A stretch of DNA of 64,000 nt from Mytilus trossulus. Lineage: Eukaryota. The notes under the pieces were generated by a model. It ran no database searches. It was not told where the DNA came from and worked only from the letters and a program-made list of their open reading frames with translations. Shown in pieces: positions 55,301 to 64,000 of this stretch. The stretch spans positions 73,346,001-73,410,000 of the forward strand of contig NC_086373.1 of NCBI RefSeq assembly GCF_036588685.1. Direction: 5' to 3'. A program made the translations under genes and the position numbers. Every line of letters starts with the position of its first letter. The stretch's first letter is position 1.

Positions 55301-57279
55301 TGATAACGTGCACTGCTTTTGTGACACAGTTTTTCGAAAAATGCTATGATTGCAAATCTGCACTAATTATTAAAATATAAAATGTTCAGGAATTCCTTCT
55401 TTTAAGAAATTTGTCTATAGGCTATACTACAAGAACAAAACTTTTGAAATACTTTAAGCTAAGGAAATCTAATTCGCGAATTATTGAATATTTGAAATAA
55501 AAACTCAGTAAGAAATAAAATATTTTAATATCAAATCTTCAAAATGATATGCAATTTATATTTTTGATTAAAATATTTAAAACGGATTCTCGAACGAAAT
55601 TAACATGCTGTGTAATGTATACTTATTTGACTGACATCTTCAAAAGTTTATGTTGTCGAAATAGATTTTTTAAAATATTGAAAGTATGTGTTTCCACCAT
55701 ACAAGAAACTTTAATTAAATCATTAAATCAAACGTGAAACATTACATACCTTGATTTAGTTGAAAAATACCAATCTAATACACAGGGAGATAATTTACGA
55801 TAAGGACAATGATTTCAATAATAACGGTATACATTACAAAAGATGAATGGAATGTACCTGCCATTTATTGAAATACTAAATTGACCATAATACTTAAAAT
55901 CACAGTTTACAGAATTGTGAAAAAAACGATGACCATTTACTGTCAGGGTAAACTCAATGATATTTTACTAACTTAAGAGTACATTTCTTTCTAACCAAAA
56001 TTTTGTAAACGTTGTGTAGCGTTTTTTGTTGTTTTCTAAACGCTACAATAGTAGGAACAAATTTATCCTGTGTAAACTTTTAATAGTCGAATGAACAGAA
56101 CGATATTCCATAAATAGCCTATTACTTAACGCAACAATCAAATGAACTAAAAAGTTATGTCCAAATTAAAAGCAAATGCATCAACTAGCACTTGTATAAC
56201 TATTTCGCCTGTATTTGAAACTTTTTATATTTTTTTTAATCAAAATCAAGAAATCAACTATCATGAACTTATCCTAAGAGACTTAGTTGCAATATGATGC
56301 AACCTGGTATACCAAAAGTCATATAGGTATCATTTTTCTTTAAACACGTTATTTAAATAAAAAGTCAAAATGTGAAAGTAATCCTAGACAAAATATCCGG
56401 TATCTTTTTTTATGACCCGTGACTTGGATGTTTTATAACTAGGTAACATTTCATTGTAAAGTACATATGGTTGTAGATTTTATGATGTGAAGTTTAATAC
56501 GTATTTTGGGATATTTTTTTTAGCTACGAGGCAATCGGTAAATTTAGTTGTATGATAAAAAGGGTTGTACTAGATTGATTACTGATACAAAATGACATGC
56601 ATGTTCATTTATTTATCTTGTCAAAATAAATGAAAATAAAAGTAGATGTAACCACCATCGCTTATTTACTGATACTTGCAATTTAAGAACAGTTTTAAAA
56701 AATACAGGTTGGTTGTACAAATTGTATAAGTTAATTTCGATTCGAAGAACATATCAAAATTTTCATATTCAACATATAGAAGAAAGGGAACACGACAACA
56801 GTTTGAAGGAATTGGAAGGCTCTACACTTGAAAATTAAAAAAAAAATCTTTCGGCTCAACCGTGAATATTTCGAGTCAAATTCTTTTCGCTCGGAGAAAC
56901 ACGAGCTTATATATCCATTCCTTGTTTGCAGTTGCATTGGAACATTCATGTCATGAACTATAACCAAAGATGCAAGACAAAACACTTACGTTAATGTACC
57001 ATCAACTTCTAGATGTTGCCAAGATGATTACTTTGCTGGCTATAAGTTTCAATCGATTATCGCAGTTGGCTTTTTAAAGTTTTATAATTGTGCTCGTGTG
57101 ATCACTTGAGTTTTTTTTTTTGGCTTCCTAAAATTGTTAAAAAAAAGTTCTTTAACAAAGTCTATTTATTTCAATGTAATTTGAACTGAAAACAGTGCAA
57201 TCTAAATATTTCACTTACATGTATAGTCAGCTCAAGTGTAATGAACGGCTTGTTGAAATGTTTTTGGTTGCAACTTCGA

Positions 57280-57400
57280 AACCATGAACTGAATCTTTGA
57301 ATCCATGACCCCTTCTTTGGACCATAACCCCTTCTTTGAACAATGACCTCAATATTTAAACCGTGACCTCATTCTTAGAAACCATGACCTCATGTATCTT
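57280..57400. repeat. ~20-bp degenerate minisatellite, about 6 copies
   Basis: accatgacc(c/t)c.ttcttt.aa recurring. Confidence 0.65.
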
Positions 57401-57869
57401 GATTGGGTGCTTTGTTGGTGATTTTTACCTTTTATTTACACCAATTTATGAAACATCCCTTGAAGAATTTAGCGCTTCCGAAGAATTTTTCTGGATTAAC
57501 CTTCAGCCGAACGTTCAACCTTGACATTTGAAAGCCAATGATAAATACTTGCATTGTTGGTGTAATGACTTGCAATGCATAAGTTAGATCTCATATCAGT
57601 TTTGAAATAGCTACATAATGTTTAACATATGTGACAATATCTTTACGTAATCCAGAAAGGGACTTTCTTTACTAAGTCCGTGCGTAATCATTGTCTGTCG
57701 CTACGGAAAATCTTGCGTATATCGATTTTTGTCTCACCCCTTTATTCTATTTTCGTGTTTAATCTTTTCAAACACAGAAGTTACTTGTCTTTTGTAATAA
57801 ATTATCACAAATATGAACAGGTTATTAAAGACTATAGTGAAAGCAAAGAGGTGAGTACAGAAAAGCACT

Positions 57870-57915
57870 CTATATATATATATATATATATCAACGAGTC
57901 TAATATATATATATA
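57870..57915. repeat. Interrupted (TA)n microsatellite
   Basis: Two TA runs separated by caacgagtcta. Confidence 0.9.
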
Positions 57916-58106
57916 AATTAAAGTCTACTGGTATAACTATATAGCACTGTACCACACATATATTTATAGTACTTTTTACTAGCTTTCAGCAATAGTGATC
58001 AATTCATATTGATTGTGGAGCTGCTATTTAAAATGCATGTTCTTTCTAAGATAATTGTATGTTTTATATACGTTATTTCAGACAAACTAAACTTATTTCT
58101 TTGATC

Positions 58107-61100
58107 CGTGTAGACATCCGACTTACACGGTCATCATTACGCCTTACACCACACACCGTTTCAATGGTACCATACACCATGTTTAAACATTCCACTTACA
58201 CGATCACCACTACGCCTTACACCACATATCTTCTCAATAGTACCATACACCATGTGTAAACATTCCACTTACACGATCACCACTACGCCTTACACCACAT
58301 ATCTTCTCAATAGTACCATACACCATGTTTAAACATTCCACTTACACGATCACCACTACGCCTTACACCACATATCTTCTCAATAGTACCATACACCATG
58401 TGTAAACATCCCACTTACACGATCACTATTACGCCTTACACCATATACCTTCTCAATAGTACCATACACCATGTGTAAACATCCTACTCACACGATCACC
58501 ATAACGCCTTACACCACATACCTTCTCAATGGTACCATACACCGTGTATGAACATCCCACTTACACGATCACCATTACGCCTTACACCATATACTTTCTC
58601 AATGGTACCATACATCATGTGTGAACATCCCACTTACACGATCACCATTACGCCTTACACCATATACCTTCTCAATGGTACCATACACCATGTGTAAACA
58701 CCCTACTTACACGATCACCATTACGCCTTACACCATATACCTTCTCAATGGTACCATACACCATGTGTAAACATCCCACTTACACGATCACCATTACGCC
58801 TTATACCATATACCTTCTCCATGGTACCATACACCATGTGTAAACACCCTACTTACACGATCAACATTACGCCTTAAACCATATACCTTCTCAATGGTAC
58901 CATACACCATGTGTGAACATCCCACTTACACGATCACTATTACGCCGTACACCATATACCTTCTCAATGGTACCATACACCATGTGTAAACATCCCACTT
59001 ACACGATCAACATTACGCCTTACACCATATACCTTCTCAATGGTACCATACACCATGTGTCAACATCCCACTTACACGATCACCATTACGCCTTATACCA
59101 TATACCTTCTCCATGGTACCATACACCATGTGTAAACACCCTACTTACACGATCAACATTACGCCTTAAACCATATACCTTCTCAATGGTACCATACACC
59201 ATGTGTAAACATTCCACTTACACGATCAACATTACGCCTTACACCACATACCTTCTCCATGATACCATACACCATGTGTTAACATCCCACTTACACGATC
59301 AACATTACGCCTTACACCACATACCTTCTCAATGGTACCATACACCATGTGTCAACATCCCACTTACACGATCACCATTACGCCTTATACCATATACCTT
59401 CTCCATGGTACCATACACCATGTGTAAACACCCTACTTACACGATCAACATTACGCCTTAAACCATATACCTTCTCAATGGTACCATACACCATGTGTAA
59501 ACATTCCACTTACACGATCACCATAACGCCTTACACCACATACCTTCTCAATGGTACCATACACCATGTGTGATCATCCCACTTACACGATCACCATTAC
59601 GCCTTACACCACATACCTTCTCCATGGTACCATACACCATGTGTGAACATCCCAATTACACGATCACCATTACGCCTTACACCATATACCTTCTCAATGG
59701 TACCATACACCATGTGTAAACATCCCACTTACACGATCAACATTACGCCTTACACCATATACCTTCTCAATGGTACCATACACTATGTGTAAACATTCCA
59801 CTTACACGATCAACATTACGCCTTACACCACATACCTTCTCAATGGTACCATACACTATGTGTAAACATCCTACTTACACGATCACCATTACGCCTTACA
59901 CCATATACCTTCTCAATGGTACCATACACTATGTGTAAACATTCCACTTACACGATCACCATAACGCCTTACACCACATACCTTCTCAATGGTACCATAC
60001 ACCATGTGTGATCATCCCACTTACACGATCACCATTACGCCTTACACCACATACCTTCTCCATGGTACCATACACCATGTGTGAACATCCCACTTACACG
60101 ATCACCATTACGCCTTACACCATATACCTTCTCAATGGTACCATACACTATGTGTAAACATCCTACTCACAAGATCACCATTACGCCTTACACCATATAC
60201 CTTCTCCATGGTACCATACACCATGTGTAAACACCCTACTTACACGATCAACATTACGCCTTAAACCATATACCTTCTCAATGGTACCATACACCATGTG
60301 TGAACATCCCACTTACACGATCACTATTACGCCTTACACCATATACCTTCTCAATGGTACCATACACCATGTGTAAACATCCCACTTACACGATCAACAT
60401 TACGCCTTACACCATATACCTTCTCAATGGTACCATACACTATGTGTAAACATCCTACTCACACGATCACCATTACGCCTTACACCATATACCTTCTCAA
60501 TGGTACCATACAACATGTGTAAACATCCCACTTACACGATCACCATTACGCCTTACACCACATACCTTCTCAATGGTACCATACACTATGTGTAAACATC
60601 CTACTCACACGATCACCATTACGCCTTACACCATATACATTTTCAATGGTACCATACACCATGTGTAAACATCCCACTTACACGATCACCATTACGCCTT
60701 ACACCACATACCTTCTCAGTGGTACCATACACCATGTGTAAACATTTCACTTTCACGATCACCATAACGCCTTACACCACATACCTTCTCCATGGTACCA
60801 TACACCATGTGTGAACATCCCACTTACACGATCACCATTACGCCTTATACCACATACCTTTTCAATTGTACCATACACTATGTGTAAACATCCTACTCAC
60901 ACGATCACCATTACGCCTTACACCATATACCTTCTCAATGGTACCATACACCATGTGTAAACATTCCACTTACACGATCAACATTACGCCTTATACCACA
61001 TACCTTCTCCATGGTACCATACACCATGTGTAAACATCCCACTTACACGATCACCATTACGCCTTACACCACATACCTTCTCAATGGTACCATACACTAT

Positions 61101-61462
61101 GTGTAAACATCCTACTTACACGATCACCATTACGCCTTACACCATATACCTTCTCAATGGTACCATACACCATGTGTCAACATCCCACTTACACGATCAC
61201 CATTACGCCTTACACCACATACCTTCTCAATGGTACCATACACTATGTGTAAACATTCCACTTACACGATCAACATTACGCCTTATACCATATACCTTCT
61301 CCATGATACCATACACTATGTGTAAACATCCTACTTACACGATCACCATTACGCCTTACACCACATACCTTCTCCATGGTACCATACACCTTGTGTAAAC
61401 ATCCTACTCACACGATCACCATTACGCCTCACACCACATACCTTCTGCATAACACCATACAC
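58107..61462. repeat. 73-bp tandem satellite, ~46 copies
   Basis: Consensus TACACGATCACCATTACGCCTTACACCATATACCTTCTCAATGGTACCATACACCATGTGTAAACATCCCACT; period checked at 58197 and 58270. Confidence 0.97.
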
Positions 61463-64000
61463 AATACCTCTTTCTCACAATAAATCATCCACTATTCAAA
61501 ATTACCCATAACATCATTTATTTACACAATTTATTTTTTTTAACATACATGAAAACAACTGACAAATATCATATACGTGTATCGTTCATAATGGCACAGG
61601 AAACACAATTTTCACCTATCTTTCATTTCACCATTCGGTTTGGGTTTCTTTTGAACCATGATACAAAAAGCTATTGTGTTTGTGATCTTGGATATTATGG
61701 TAAAATGAATGAGGACCAGATTCTTTTAGACTATTAAGTTTGTATCAGGATTGTCTTGCAATCAGTATGTCAGTACCCACATCAGTTTGGTTATAATGTT
61801 TTATATATATGGTATTTTAAACGTTTGCTGTTGGGTGGCTCTATTACGGCAATTTATAACTGAACCATGAAATGGGTTAAAAAAAAATCCAAAGATACTT
61901 TCAAGGTCATATACTACCATACAACTCTTTAGATTGCTTTTAAGTGGTATTTAAATTAGCATACAAACATGATGGTGTTGGGATAAGTTCAATGTTCATA
62001 AATGTAGTTTACAAACTTTAAGAAACAATTAACCTATGCTCTGTTATTATCAATCCTGGGGTCGTTTTCTCAGAAATTTGTGTAGATCACTAATAAGAAT
62101 TGTTGATCCTACTATAACACAAATATACTATAAATAAAAAGAGACGAGCGTATACATCGCTGACACATGTAGATCATCATACGATCTTTAACAATAGATA
62201 GTCAAGGTTTTGCGAGTCTAAACAAGTTGAGAATAAAGATATCGTAAGGTTCGACATTGCAGCTTTTATCTGGTTCATTTTTTTTTCATTTATATTTTTG
62301 TGACCTTTCGTTTCCATTTTAATGTATAATTACTTATTTAATACCTAAACTAACAAACAAAATGATTGGTTTTAGGTGTATGCAAGTATCAGATACATTC
62401 AATAGTCTGAGTAAAAATCTTTTAATAAGGCAAAAGACATTTTTGAACATGAGCACACAAGCTTCATGAATATGAAGGCATGGTCGTTAATTTTGTATTT
62501 ATCAACTATATATATAAATATAAGCTTGTCATTCATTTAGATAGATGAACACTTAAGCCAGTTGAAGTCAGTATTGTTTCGTTATTTTACGTGACATTTT
62601 CCACATCTTTAGAGTTACTTTATTTATCTTGTAGAAGAAATATTTCTATTGGGACTCCTGAAATGTCGTTTTCTATTGGTTAGAAATGTTTCAAGCAAAG
62701 CAATTAAAAAACATCATGGATTCCAAAGACTTAGATAATTTTAGACAGAATTAAAACTTCGTTTTTACAATATACAAAAAAGTACTCGGAGTTAAATTGA
62801 CCCAACATACTTCTAAATGATTTTTGTAGAAATAAACCCAGATGTCAAAACATACAACTGATAAATTCGGTCCTAAAATAAAATATTTTCTTTATGACCA
62901 TCATCGACGATCGTATCCTATTTCCTAAGGTTATTTACCGCTTGACGATTTTCCGACTGTTTGAACATCGCTGAAATTTATTAAAAACAAAATAACACAT
63001 TGAATAAATAATGAGGAAACCGTCCCACAAAAATTTATTGTTTGTTTTCGTCTTACATACAAATATTATAACAATAGTTAGATGCAGGTCGCATTGCTTC
63101 GTTGAATTTTTCTATATGATATATCAGAATTTCGTTTCAAAACTGCCGAGAATTGTATTTTAAATTGTTTCAAAACGAAACCAAAGCATGCCAAAAAATA
63201 ATTGGATACGAGAAACATTATAACACAGACTTTAATACCATATTTCAAATTGAAATATTTCCATGACTTAATAAACATTTAATATGTTTTAACAATGAAG
63301 AAAATTGTGCACACACTCTTGAGTAGGCACGATGACAGCTTTTCCTTTTATAACAATTGCGTATTTGATTATATAACTTATATAATTATTACTGCTCTCC
63401 CTTATGACGGCTAGACAGAAACGAATGAATACTTTGATTCACAAGTTGTTTAAGCAAGTTGTCGTACACAATGCACATTTTGTAAAGAATTTGAAAAAGA
63501 AATATACAAGCATCATGTAATTTAATGTTTCAAGGCAAGATGCTCTGCATGGTAGACTTATAAACATTTCATTTTGACGATATTCAACAGCACAATGAAG
63601 AAATCATTAATTGCTCCATCATAAAACTCAGTAACACTATTGGTTTTATGTAAAAGCTACACGTATGATTATTATATAACTGTTCAAAACATGTCTATGT
63701 AAACAAACATACATAGGTATGAAATAAATTTAAGAAAATCATTTTTAACATTTATTTAAAGGTTTCCAGACTTGAGATACAATAATTGTTATGTTAGTTA
63801 ATACTATTCTATGGAACATTGGTGTATTTGCTCATTATCATTGAAAAATCACTGATTTTAAGATAATTGTGTCGACTAATAATACCGAACAGTGTCAAGA
63901 TAGTAATAAACAATAGTTGATAGACAGCTAAATGATCCCCTTATAAATTAAACTGCATATCTTAAGAAAAAGAATAACAAAGGCCAGCAAAAATGTACCG

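Noticed and set aside
52400-57250. Scattered short ORFs and isolated splice-like signals (also 61500-64000)
   Set aside because: No recognisable domains or consistent exon chain; a UTR or lncRNA exon cannot be excluded without transcript data.
58059-61398. ORFs of 66-182 aa with repeated MVPYTMCKH motifs, and a CRISPR-like look of the array
   Set aside because: They are translations of the 73-bp satellite (unit not a multiple of 3); there are no unique spacers or cas genes and the context is eukaryotic.

Overview
AT-rich, repeat-dense eukaryotic genomic DNA, most likely a bivalve mollusc (probably Mytilus; inferred from the repeat families, not proven). One complete protein-coding gene is present on the + strand: a 12-exon soluble guanylate cyclase of the beta-2 type (ATG 4283 to TAA 36903; 2016-nt spliced CDS, 671 aa; H-NOX, PAS, coiled-coil and cyclase domains). 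It has His105, a YxTxR heme motif, a complete single-chain catalytic set and a C-terminal CaaX box (CNVL). Introns and flanks are filled with mobile DNA: decayed Penelope-like retroelements (PLEs) of several families, ~335-350-nt non-coding 'retrozyme' units carrying minimal type I hammerhead ribozymes (two families, six copies from intact to dead), tRNA-derived SINEs with a Deu/Nin-like core, TTAA-flanked Kolobok-type MITEs (one a 290-bp-arm palindrome), a 3.2-kb CAC...GTG element with a 5-bp TSD, a 9-bp-TSD MITE, a Helitron, Helentron-type elements and a ~46-copy 73-bp satellite. The most interesting signal is the ribozyme/retrozyme-PLE system: a greater-than-unit-length copy, a variant whose stem III is extended by a 5-nt duplication, a tandem PLE-retrozyme chimera and a small hairpin motif shared across unrelated repeat families. 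Most short ORFs in the supplied track are artefacts. All alignments were done by eye.
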